The notes under the pieces were generated by a model. That model did not search any database. It was not told the origin of the DNA and saw only the letters and a list, made by a program, of their open reading frames with translations. The position numbers were made by a program, and so were the translations under genes. Below, one piece after another: positions 36,461 through 48,215 of a stretch of 64,000 nt of DNA (within the stretch, counting starts at the first letter, position 1; each line of letters starts with the position of its first letter). The stretch comes from Lama guanicoe (lineage: Eukaryota), in contig MU056703.1 in the NCBI GenBank assembly GCA_013239625.1, positions 124,001 to 188,000 on the forward strand, in the 5' to 3' direction.

Positions 36461-37097
36461 GCTGAGATTCAGCAACTGCACGTATTTCAAGTGTGCACCC
36501 ATCGTCACAATCAAGAGGCTGAGATTACCTGCGCCCGGATGTCTGTGTCTGGCTGTAATGTCCCCTACACATCCTTCCTTGTCCCCTTGCTCACCCATCC
36601 TCACACGAGCACTCACCTCACTTCTGCCACTTTAGATTAGCTTGCAGATTCTTCTCTCTTTTATTTGGAGATGTATATATATATATATATATTTTAAATG
36701 AAGTATAGTCAGTTTACAATATTGTGTCAACTTCTAGTGTACAGCACAACACTTCGGTCAGACATGAACACACAAATACTCATTTTCATCTTCCTTTTCA
36801 CCATAGGTTACGACAAGATATTGAATACATTTCCCTGTGCTATGCATAGCTTGCATTTTCTATGTGCAAAGAAATGGAATTACATAGCATCTATTTTTTT
36901 TTAGGTCTCACTTTTTTCACTCGGTGTAATTATTTTGAAATTCATCTGTTTTGTTGCATGTACCGATGATTCATTTATTTTCCTTTCTGAGTGGGCTTCC
37001 GTTTTGTGGATCTGTGATTTACTTACGTACTAATCTACTGATAGACATTGAGATTGTTTACAATTTGGCTGTCACAAATAAAGCTGCTAGAAACACT
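36443..37097 (-). mobile_element. Old L1 (L1MB-like) 3' part; non-inverted arm of a 5'-inverted element
   Basis: 3' end gagcttcactgcggtgtag...actgcacgtatttcaagtgtgca; runs to caaataaagctgctagaaacact. Confidence 0.75.
36647..36846 (-). mobile_element. Young L1 3' end nested in the old L1, 9-bp TSD
   Basis: tagcttgca at 36638-36646 and 36847-36855; aatgaagtatagtcagtttacaat...ttccctgtgctat. Confidence 0.85.
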
Positions 37098-37787
37098 CCT
37101 AGATTTAAATGTAAGAGCTCAAAGAATAAAAATTCCAGAATGATACATGGGAGAATTAGTGACCTTAGGTTTGGCAACTATTTCTTAATTATGAAATAAG
37201 AAGAAAAGACAGTAAAAGAAAAGAAATCTATCAAGTGTACTTACCAAAATCAAAAACCTCTTCAGATGACACTGTCAGGAAAATGACAAGGAAAGCCACA
37301 CAGTGGAGGAAAATATGTGTGAAATATATATGCCCAAGAAAGAACTGTTTCTAGAATATATAAAGAAGCCTTACAACTCAATAACCACAGGATAACATAA
37401 TTTGAAAAAAAATAAATTAGCAAAGATCTGATCAGACCATTCACCAAGGATGATACATGGATGACTAACATGTGAAAAAATGGTCAAGGTTATTTCTTCA
37501 TCACAAAAATATAAACTAAAGCAGCAATGTGACACCACTGTGTGCCCACCTGAACGGCTAAAACCCCACAGCGACCACACATGTGTTCACGAGGATGTGA
37601 GCACCTGGAGCCCCCCCCCACCCCCGCTGCCGCTGCTGACTTAAAGGGTGCCTCTTACGTCTGCCTTGGAAAGCAGCTGGCAGTTTCTCAGAAGGTAAAG
37701 ACAAATGTCCCCGCCACATGGCCAAGCCACTCACCCCCCAGCGTTTACCCCCGAGAAATGAAAGCGTGTGTCCCCAGGAAGACTTCT
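37098..37787 (+). mobile_element. Old L1 ORF2 segment; inverted arm of the same element
   Basis: ttaaatgtaagagct...gaccttaggtttggcaa...ctagaatatataaagaa...ttggaaagcagctggcagtttctc...gaaatgaaagcgtgtgtcc. Confidence 0.8.
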
Positions 37788-38571
37788 GGTTTGAGGTTAG
37801 AAGAACGTGAGCCCAGCTCCGTCTGTAGAAGCCAAGGTCTCGAAGAAGTGAGTGAAGCTTTGTACTACAGACCATTCAAGGCCATTTAAAATTCTGCAAC
37901 GGGAAGACGTCAGGCCCTCTTCATTTTCTCGGGCTGTTTCCTGAAACGTGATGGAAATCAAGGGCTACTGGAAATTACAGTGTGAAGGGGAGAAGGGACA
38001 CATAAATAGAGAGGGAGGAAAAGAGATTATTCAGCACTAAGGGATAAATCTGAAGAAGATACATGCTAATAAACACATCAACAAATAAAATAATTTTAAG
38101 ACAGATACATAAGAGTGATCACTCCACACACAGTCCTAAAATTGTCAAGATGTGTTTTCAGGTACCTGTCACAGGGCAACGTGCTGTGGTAGAATTACAC
38201 AGCAAAGAGGTCCAGGCTGTGACCCTGGGCACGTCACTTGGCCTCCCCAGTTTCAGCTGGATATTAGGATCCCCAGGAGAGAAATGTTCTTGTCATTGGT
38301 GTTACTTCTACACCATTATAACATCATTACTCCCAGCAAATAAAGGAAATCGGGAGTGGTCACTGATGTACGGAGTGGCGGTTTTACAGACAAACTTCCG
38401 AAAGACAACCTTAAACGCATGAATGCTTTATATAACAGTCTTGCATGGTTTACCAAAATGAAGCACCGCCAATGTGGTGCATGCATTTAAGAGTCTGGAG
38501 AAGGTGTGGTGGTTCAAGTTAGCAATGGATGTTATGTAAAGTGTATGAATGCAGCAAATTCCTTCACTTAC

Positions 38572-38623
38572 CTCCAGCCATTCACAGGCTTTATTAAGCT
38601 GTAACTCACACCCCAGCTGACAG
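38572..38623 (-). other. Candidate 52-nt internal exon (probably non-coding)
   Basis: Minus strand: gtttattttgtAG|ctgtc...ggctggag|GTAAGTG, with a perfect donor consensus. Confidence 0.35.
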
Positions 38624-39489
38624 CTACAAAATAAACCGTTCCAGAAATACGGAAACTTTGCCTAATAATTCTCCCCATATGTTTCTGGCAAATAAATAAT
38701 TGAGGCTTCACAGGAACACAGTCTCTGCTCTTGCTTCAAAAGAGCAAAGACCTTGCATCCTTTTTTAGTTTTTCAAAAATTCCTCGCCTCCCAGATCAAG
38801 TCAGTCGCATTTGAAGGAAGCCAGCATTAATATTTCCTCTTCATCTTTATGTGCTTATAAAGTAGTTCAAACGATTTCCACATATCTGCCACTGAGATGT
38901 AGATGGATCATGTCCTCTGAAGATGTAACTCTACCATTTCCATGCTTTAAAGATTCTCCAAAGGACTGTCAACTGTTCAGCCTAAATCAGCTGGCTAATC
39001 AGCTGATGACATCAGCCCGAGGCAATGGAAAGAGAAGTAGGAACCAGACTTTGCTGTCTAATAGCACATCGGGCAAGAATGAGGACACCCCCACCACACT
39101 CTTGGTCATTTCTTTGAGAAGCTCACCTAAGCTATCAGAAACGTGGGCAAACCCCCTTAAGCATAGTTTCTCTCCATTAACAAAAAATACGTCAGGTTGT
39201 GCGACATGGAGTCTCAGGTAAACAGAAATAAAAGTAGTAAGTAAGGCAGGTACATTTTCTATCCCCCTCTGCCCTCCTTTTTTTTTTTTTTTTACCCCTT
39301 CCAAGCACACCCTGTGTGCATCAGGCCAAGCAATTATATCCTGAGCTGTACTCCCTTCATGAAAAACAATAGAACAAAACAAAACCCAAACATTAATTTA
39401 CCTGAGTTCCAGTTCTCCGGATATAAGAAGAAAAAATAAATATGCATTAAGCACTTACAGGCAGACGGGGAATTTTCTACACCTCGAAA

Positions 39490-40170
39490 GAGTGAGAGTT
39501 TGAACCGCAGCGCGGAGGCCAGCAAGCTCCGCAAGCATCCGCTGCTTCTTCGCAAGAGGCGCCCGCCTCCACTGCCTCCCCAGCCACTTCTGCGAGCCGC
39601 TTGTCGGCGCGCAGCATTTCTTGCTTGCCACTAGTAACCCTTCTAGCTTTGACAAGATTTACGTAATTTCAGATTGTTTTCAGGGCTCCCTCCCAATTCG
39701 CGGTTTAAATTGCGGTGTTTGAAGCGTGTAAAACACTTGTTTCAATGAGAACGCGGCGCTTTACACAACGCGAAATAAATCATGTCAGAACTAATAAGGT
39801 CTAATTCTATTAACGTCAGAAAAGATTAACGTAGGTCCTCTCTCCAAAGCAGACTTCCCTGGTCCTCTCTGAATTGTTCTTGGCGGCGTTAAAATTAGCC
39901 CAGGCCCGCAAATACATTGAAGTAGCAAGTGAAGACGCCGTGTGAACGCAGGTGCCTGTGGCGGACGAGGCCAATGGGACGGGGCCCCGGCGCGGGTCTG
40001 TCGCCAGCAGGGCGCCCGGTGCCTCCCGTGACGGTCCCGGCGCTCTGAACTGAGCCTGGCTCCTTTGTGTGCTTGTTACGAAGTGCAGCTTTCTTGCTGG
40101 GACGCAAAAACGTTAGCGGCAAGGCAGAGCGGCCACGCCACAGCCAGTGAGCGTGATTTGATGGCGTCAC
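39490..40170. promoter_or_regulatory. Bipartite CpG island; candidate promoter or enhancer
   Basis: CpG-dense at 39500-39615 and 39930-40170; NF-Y-type ggCCAATggg at 39969-39978; not repeat-derived as far as I can see. Confidence 0.7.
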
Positions 40171-40794
40171 AAAAGGGGTCTTGCTGGTCAGGTTGAGTCC
40201 CTTGATCAGAGGCAGCTAAAGTTTGTGTGGAAACCTCTGAACGCGTGCAGTTAGAGAAGCTATGAATAAGTGGCTTCCTTTGATTCCTTCTTTTATTCCT
40301 ACGTGTGTCTCCCTTGGCTCCCTGGTGCCAGTGAGTGCCCACCGGGATGTGTTTTTCTAAGAAGTGGGAAGCAGAAGATGTCTTTAATTTAACCTTTTAC
40401 TGAACTTCTTCTTATCCAGCCATGAAAAAAGCATTGCTTCCATGCAAAAAAAAAAAAAAATTCTATTGTACAATAATTTTTGATAAAAATACTTATTCTG
40501 ATTATATTCAAAATTTTAGATACACATTTGACTATTATAGAAAATATAGGAGATAGAGTTGCGAGTCAAATCACAAGAAACCAATCAAACTCAGAAGGCA
40601 GATATTCTTTAAAATAACTGGCTCGATCTTTCCAAAAAGTCAACATCTATATATAAAATATGGGTGAGATCTGTAGCGCATTAGAGAGAAAGGAAACAAA
40701 AGTGCAATATATGCGTCTTGGTGATACACTAGTGAAGAAAAGCTTCAGGAGACATTTGCAGACAATGGGGAGCTATTAATGTTGGCTGGAAATT

Positions 40795-40905
40795 GGGTTT
40801 TTTAAACTGAAATATAGCTGGTTTACTATGTTGTGTCAGTTTCTGGTGTACAGCATAATGTTTCAATCATACATATACATACATATATTTGTTTTCATAT
40901 TTAAA
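40795..40905 (-). mobile_element. L1 3' end
   Basis: aactgaaatatagctggtttactatgttgtgtcagtttctggtgtacagcat. Confidence 0.85.
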
Positions 40906-41294
40906 ATAATTTTTAGATACAGTTAGCATTCCAACAGGCAGCAAATGACATTATTCCTGTATTTTATGAAGAGAAATACAGATCAGGTTGAGAAAGCTGG
41001 AACAGAGAGAAGAGGTTAAGTTACCTGAAATAACGTAGGACAATGTGGCAACAACGTGCATCTCTGCGTTCTTATTGGCCAAATATTTGACCAAGGATAC
41101 ATGGCTATGCACATATTGTTTACCATGAACTTATATTATTAAGGATATGTACTTTTTAAAGTGTATATGGTGTTTATTTAAGCTCTCTGGAGTATTTTGT
41201 GTAAAATTTATTATAATCCAAAGAACAGAACTTAGCTGACTCAGAGAAGAAATTTTTGCTCTGATAATGAAATAGAAATAAGTCTTTTTAAAAA

Positions 41295-41419
41295 AAAATT
41301 TATTGGGGGAAAGGTAATTAGGTTTAGTATTTTTTTTTTTAATGGGTGTACTGGGGATTGGACCCAGGACCTCGTGCATGCCAAGCACACACTCTACCCC
41401 TGAGCTATACCCTTCCCCC
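41295..41419 (-). mobile_element. Vic-1-type camelid tRNA-derived SINE
   Basis: Reverse complement ggggaagggtatagctcaggggtagagtgtgtgcttggcatgcacgaggtcctgggtccaatccccagtac...aaacctaattacc; A and B boxes present. Confidence 0.9.
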
Positions 41420-41589
41420 AATAGGCCATGTTTTTATTTACCCTCAAAGAATATGGTTTGGAGACCATGGGTTAGTATGTACATGGCTTCGGACACTCAG
41501 CTGAAAGGAATGAGATGAGAACAGTGGAGATGATCACTGCCAGGTGTGCACACTGGCGGAGAGCAAGTGGGGATCTGAGCACTGGTGAT

Positions 41590-41790
41590 CCGGGACACCC
41601 TCTCGCCCCCTATGCCCCCTCCCTTGGCCCATCCTAATGTCTATCCTGTGATAAGCCGTAACTGTGTGTGGTCAGCTTCCAGGGTGAGTCCTCTGAGTTC
41701 TAGCGAATTATCAAACCTGACCGTGGTTGAGGGGACCCAGAACTTGATGTCAGAAGTGACGATAGTTTTGGAGCCTCCCTAACTCTGCAG
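41590..41790 (+). mobile_element. MER21-like LTR remnant
   Basis: gtgagtcctctgagttctagcgaattatcaaacctga...gtcagaagtg. Confidence 0.6.
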
Positions 41791-41794
41791 AAAC

Positions 41795-41950
41795 ACACCA
41801 GTCATGGTATGGAGCATTCTTACCAAAACTACATTAAACTTCAATCTAATCATGAGAAACAATCAGACAAATCCAGAATGTGGAACAGTTAATGAAAACA
41901 CCTTGCCTGAACTCTTAATTGTGTCAATAATCTGAAATCAGATGAACCAA
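41795..41950 (+). mobile_element. Old L1 3'UTR (L1MC4-like) remnant
   Basis: aatctaatcatgagaaacaatcagacaaatccagaatgtgga; related sequence at about 40575-40650. Confidence 0.55.
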
Positions 41951-42411
41951 AAACGCGGGAAAACTCTTCTGGTAGAAGACATGATGACCTTCAGAGGAAG
42001 AGAGAAAATGTTTCTCCTCACCACGGGGTAAGTCCTTCGGTGATTCAGACCTTTTAGTGCAATGAGTCCCATGCCCACCCTGCACCACTGAGATGTAAGA
42101 GGGTCTCCAGTGCGCTGCCTGCTGTCAGCATGGGGAACCGGTCCCAGCGGAGCTGATGAGGAGGCTATGGTTTGTGCAGCCTGTTCAGACACTTCCCTCT
42201 AAACCGAGGATGGAGTCCTGCTTCCTTATCACACATGCTGTACAGGGGAGAGGAAAGTTAAGTGGCAAAAGTGGCAATACATTCACATACGATGTCCAAA
42301 CAGTAAAGGTCCACCCCCACCTGAGACTCATGTTGGAGGACAAGCATGGAGATATGGACAATATTTGGACTCCAACCACAAAGACCTCTTTTAAAAAAAT
42401 ATAACTAGAAA

Positions 42412-42873
42412 TGTTGCACAAAAACGTGTTACAGCTCAGTTGTGACAGCAACCTGGATCCCAGCAAGAGACCAAGCAGCACTGGGAGAGTTGGAGAACTC
42501 AGGTTTGTTACACCAGCCGACCCAGAGGAGTTAACGCTCCAAGCTCTGAACCCCGTCTGTAGGTTTACACAGGCTTTTATAGGCTGCCAGTTTACACTTT
42601 GCAACATCATATGCAAATAAGGTATAACAAAAGTTTAGCGGAACAAGCTTTGTAGAAATGGACCAATCAGGAGGGAGAGAATTAACTAATCAGGAGTGAG
42701 CTCAGGGAACCAATAGAATTGTAGGGGTAAGTTCCACTTTGTTAGGAGCAAGCTGTTTCGTAGGCAAAAATTGAGCTACAGCCTCTGGGCCAGGGAACCG
42801 GATGGTGCTGGCAGGAGAGTAGTGGCCCTGCCCGGGGGTCCTGCCTGTCTTTTTTATGGGGCTCCCCACCTCA
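42412..42873 (-). mobile_element. ERV1-type solo LTR, copy B (462 bp)
   Basis: Colinear and roughly 90% identical by eye to 31929-32394; TG...CA ends; flanks gaaa / aact do not form a TSD. Confidence 0.9.
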
Positions 42874-44682
42874 AACTTAAGCCACATATCCTCTAGAGAA
42901 TGACGAATAACAGTTGATGCAAACCACCAATTAGCATTGCTTGGAATATCACTTGCCTGTGTTCTACAAATGCCCTTGTCTAAGACACCAGTCGTACTGA
43001 TGAGGAACAATCTCTGTAATGAGGACTACCACATTTCACCCGAGGGACGCACCCCACCAGCTATATTTTCCCCCTAAGATGGCCACGTAAAAGTAAGATT
43101 CAGATGACCTTGGAACCTAAAATCCTATGATGCCAGAAATAATAGAAGAAAATAGAAGTGATTCAAGAGAGTAGAACTTTAAAAAAAATGAGCAGAATAC
43201 AAGTTAATAAATTAGATGTCTCTAGTAAGTTATCTGGGACCTAGAAATTAAAAACACATCTGAAATAAAAATAACATTAACAACAAAAGTAAACCTGGGA
43301 AATAAAGAAATGCACATAAAACCCCCCAGCAATGTCTCAATGCAAATGAGCCAACTACATGATCAGACAGTACCCATAAAAGAATCTGAAGACAATTAGC
43401 CAATGGACATAAAGTTTTAAATTACGTGAATCCAGGACCGCAGCTAGACATGTTGTGTTTGCCCCACGGAGGGATGCAGAAGGCAGAAATGATAGATTTG
43501 TCGCCAGCACAAATGATTGGCTTTTTAAAAATTTATGCTATTCATTTAATAACATAAAATAAAATTAAAATAAAATGACCATTATTTTGAAGCTTTTTGT
43601 AAGAAAAGAAGTCCTAATCAGGCATTGCAGTTTGGGTGATTATGTCTCTGATTAGTCTAGAAGAAAATACACATTCTAAACTGGCTTTATTTTTAATTCT
43701 AGAAAATAGGCTTATTTTTCTTTGTTATGATAAAGAAAAAAATTGCAATGATCAAGCCTTAAAATAGAGTCTGAAATTCAAATACTAGGACTAAACACAC
43801 AGTCTACAGTAAATCATCCGAGTGACTCATTTTCTTTTATTAGGGGATTATACCATCTCTATAAATCCTCCAAATACAAGTAAATACTAATTTGTTATAG
43901 TTCAGAGCTACAAAGTGGAAAACTGGTTATAAAAGAGAATGAAACAGATAGCTGGCATTTCCATGGGAACACTTGAGTAGTCTGACGAAGAGTGTGAGCA
44001 AAATCCCTTATGGAAGAGGCTTCCTGAACTGATGGTCTCCGTGAGCGTAAAACACTCACTTCTGCACCTGACAGACCCCATATCAAGGGGTTAACCCCAC
44101 ACTGGGCTGCCAAACATTTCCCAGCTACCATGACACAAGATATAAAATATGAAAACTGTTTTGACCTGTATGGAAAAGGATCAATTTTACTTTTAACCTG
44201 CTCAGTCCTCTCACTGATGTTCAATAACAACTTACCCTTTAAATGCTACTTAATTTAGCCTTAATTTCTTTTCTGGCAAATGACTCCAGGCAAAACTGAA
44301 TTCCATAAGGACCCAGTTTCCCTTCTTCACCTTCGTCCTTTCAGAGATACTTTGCACAAATCATTGTAGCGTTTTTAACTTTACTTTTTAGTGTAATTGA
44401 TTTGAAGAAGTCTACTGGAAAATTAAACAAAAAATTAGTATCTTCTGTTGATTCAAAGCACATCAGGTCTCGAGCAAAGGGAGAAGCCTGAAGTGACCAC
44501 GGGGACGATTGCTAAGTGAATCAGTTAAAACATATCTGAAGATGCTAGGAAACAGATCAAAGCAAAGAAAACCAGGGGGAGGGCTGAGACTCGGAAAATG
44601 AAATTGTAAGGTGAATTGTTAAGCTGTGGCTTCCCAGGTCAACGGCTCAATCAACGTCCACAGCAAAAACTGAAAAATCTGC

Positions 44683-44761
44683 AAAAAAAAAAAAAAAAAA
44701 AAAAAAAAACCACAGACACAAAAAAAAAAGAAAAATTCAAAAAAAAAAAAAAAAAAAAAAA
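44683..44761. repeat. Interrupted poly(A) tract
   Basis: Three long A-runs seen directly. Confidence 0.9.
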
Positions 44762-45179
44762 GGAAACACCACAGCCTCATTAGTTAAAGGTGCCAGACAC
44801 CAGCGTTCAGGACTGGAAAGGAGGTTGGAAAAAGAGAAGGGAAAATCCAGGCCAGCCTGAGAACCATGGGAGTAAAACAGTCTACAATTAACTTGCCCAG
44901 AGGATTGAGAGGAAAGATTGCCTCCACCAAATGAAAACAAAAAAGCAAGAATAAGGGAAAATCATGACACTTGAAAAGACGCCATGGGACTTTTTTCGAA
45001 ATAAAGGAGTAAAACTGATGCTCTTAGACAAAGATAGGATAGTAAAGGTGGGGAAATTTCTCTGAATTGGTATAAAAATAAAGAAAAGAAAAATAGTTTA
45101 AAAATACATGTATATAATGAAATAAGAGTATCAAGCCATTCTGTTCAAAACCCTACGTGTGTGTGTGTGTGTAAAATGA

Positions 45180-45410
45180 CGGAGACAAATCTATTAAGAA
45201 AATAGCACAAGAAAAACTGCTAGAATGGAAGAGCTCAAACTGTTTGAAATGGTACCCTGTCCCCCACAAAATGAACGCAACGATCGCTTAAAGCCATGGT
45301 TTGTGAAATCTGAAAGCATGAGGGATGCAGAGGAAACTATAGTAGCTTGCAGAAACAAAAAGCAGGGTCCCTACAGAGACACAGAAATCAAAACAGTCAC
45401 CCTTCTCCAC
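45180..45410 (+). mobile_element. Ancient L1/HAL1 ORF1 remnant
   Basis: ORF 45225-45443 WFVKSESMRDAEETIVACRNKKQGPYRDTEIK resembles the ORF1p motif IIVKF..KDKEKILKA.REKKQVTYKG..IR. Confidence 0.55.
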
Positions 45411-45628
45411 GTTGCCACGCACGGGAAGAGAAATGAAAAGTGACTCCACGCGTACCTCCCAGACGCTGGGAGCAGGAGCGCGAGGGGCGCGCCCTTCGAG
45501 GGCTGGAAGAAAGTAACCTCCATCCTAGAAGTTATGCTCATCAACTCCGTCAAGCGAGGACAGGCTACTTCAGGCAGGGACTGAAAGTTCTCTCCCCTTT
45601 GGGGTCCTTTCTGCCAAACTTGTTTCGG

Positions 45629-45862
45629 TATACAGTATAGTCTTGTTTATCTGTTCTACGATTTTGAAATCCCAGTCTATCCCTTCCCACCCTCCACCCC
45701 CCTGTCAACCACAAGTCTGTATTCTCTGTCTATGAGTCTATTTCTGTCCTGTATTTACGCTTTGTTTTTGTTTGTTTGTTTGTTTTTGCTTTTGTTTTTT
45801 AGATTCCACATATGAGCGATCTCATATGGTATTTTTCTTTCTCTTTCTGGCTTACTTCACTT
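45629..45862 (-). mobile_element. Young L1 3'UTR internal fragment without tail or TSD
   Basis: Reverse complement differs by only about 9 substitutions from 60971-61204. Confidence 0.9.
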
Positions 45863-47999
45863 AAGTGAAGTAAGCAAAATATGTTTCTTAGCACGTTTCT
45901 GGTTCCCCTTCCTCCCACCCCCATCCCACACCGCCTTCCTTTCTGTGGGTGTCCCAAGGATGTCCTCCTTTTCCCCGCAAAACAACCTCTAACTCATCCC
46001 TGACACAGCATCTCACTTCTTTCCGAAATATATTCATCTCACTTGACTACCTTAAACCTTTCAAACCTTCTCATTACACGCAGGATGTAGTTAAGTTATG
46101 CAATGATGCTCTGGTCCTGTAGCTAGAATCCAGAAGTGGAACCGAGTTCTCCAAAGTCACTGGAATTGGTGCCAGAGCTGCAGACATGATGGCCTGTTGC
46201 TCTTTTCTTGATCACAGGAAGCCCTGTCTCTCTGCAGGGTCTTAGCCCATGTTCCTAACTCTGCCTGACTGCTTCTCTCCCAGTTCGCATCCTGTCCAGT
46301 TCTTCTCATTCAGACTTCCTGTCTCCCACTGTTCTGGACTTCTGATTAACGCAGACACTGTGTTCGTGTTTGACGTCACCCTGGGAGACACGTACCTGTC
46401 CCAGCGGGTATTAACTTTAGTCACTGGGCTACCGCGGCACCCACCAGCTTCCCCACAGCAAGGTTACCTTTCCCATCGCCATGAACAAGCCACCTTTGGG
46501 GAGGCATTTTGAGGCTGTTCATATATCCTGTTCCCAGTAAGTTTTTACCAGGCGGTTTTAGCGTTCACTCATGGCTCTTGCCTGGATCAGTTGTTACTAT
46601 TGTAGTTGCTGAATGGCGATTTTAGCGCCTCCATCGTTCCCCCTGCATTTATGAGTTTGCATTCCACCAAAAGTAAGGCTTTCCCTCCCCCACCTCCACT
46701 TTTTAAAGCTAATTTAATCATGTTCACTGAAATAAGCCTCATAAGTATTAAACTGTGGCTAAAATAGCCCTGTAGATACACATCTGGTATATGGCGCATC
46801 ATGTGGACCCCTGGATGGAAACCTCGACCTGACTTTAGTCCTGATTTTACTCACAACGTGCAGGGCTCACTTCTCTAAGTTCTAGTATTTGTGTCTCTCC
46901 AGTGAAGGCTTTGACTGCCCCACACCAGTGATTGCTTGCACTGTTGATAGCTACGACTCTCAAAGTGTTTCGGTCAGTATACGTGTGGACCTCAAGGTGT
47001 GCAGGAGAGGAAGTGCCCCCTTTTCTCAGTCCCGGTGACGGCCAGCTTAATTAATTACAGTTGGCCAAAAACTGGCCAAGAAGTTCTAACCGCATTAACT
47101 TTTTCCGGGTCTCACTGAACTTTCAAATTCCCTTTCTTTCCTTTTCCCTCATCTATTTCAAGCGTCTCCTCATCACTGTTTCTTCTCCGGGAACGTATTT
47201 GGAAACACGCACAGATCGAGCCCCCGCGCGGGAGGAGTGGCGCGCTAAAAAGCGCTCTGTGAGATGATCACGGGCATTTCTGTTTGCTTCAGGGCTAATT
47301 ATAGCCCCACGGTTCCCACATCAAGGCGGTGTGGGGGCTGGAAGGCTGGGCTGAGACAGTTGTCATCCCAGGAATGACATTCATGGGGAGTGATTTACTA
47401 AAACAAAACCTGTACCAGTTTCAACCTAAACTTAAAAAAAAAAAGCTATAGGACCATTAAAAAAAGTGGTCACAAATGAGTTCCTAGCAAATTCTGCCCC
47501 ATAAATCCTAAAACTGTGTGGGAAACGCGGTTGCAAGCTGAAGGGTGACAAAACGTATGACTCCAGAAACCATCAGAAGTGATTATTTTAACATCATTAC
47601 TGGTACTTAACAAGAATCTAGAGTGCAGAATGAAAAATCGTCCTGGACGTAATACGAGGAGAGTCAAATAGTTAAGCATATATTAAGGGTTTAAAGTTTC
47701 AGCTCCATAAACATCAGTATATTTGGCTGTTCCTCTTAACATTGTTTGGAGAATAAATTATAGACATATAGAACAATTCATTACTTCCATGCCTGTCATT
47801 TTTAAACTATAAATTTTAAATTGAGACGTATTAAGGAAGGTTTGTAATTCCACAGTGATTTTTCTGGAAATAAAATACAAAAAAAGCACACATATGATAA
47901 ATGGTCACTCTGTCTATGTATCTATCATCTATATTTGATGTGTGTGTGCACATCTGTGCATAAACACGTCTCTACAAATACATGAGCATGATAGATGGC

Positions 48000-48215
48000 C
48001 GTATTGAGTACTGCTTTGGAAAGAGGTGCTAAGCACGTCACATGAATTATGACTTTATATAAATTGTGTCATTTCGTCTCAGTGATCCTGTGAGACATCT
48101 ACCACCACTGTCCCATTTTGCAGTCAAGGAAGTCAAGTCGAGAGTGATTAAGTAAACTGTCCACAGTCAGACTATTAACAAACGGTAGAACTCACTGGGG
48201 AAACAGACCTCACGC
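48000..48215 (-). mobile_element. MIR remnant
   Basis: gtgctaagcac...cctgtgag...cccattttgcag...ttaagtaaactgtccacagtca. Confidence 0.7.

Noticed and set aside
31929-42873. Full-length provirus bounded by the two LTRs
   Set aside because: Copy A has its own TSD on both sides, the host L1 resumes after it, and no gag/pol/env or primer-binding site is evident between the copies.
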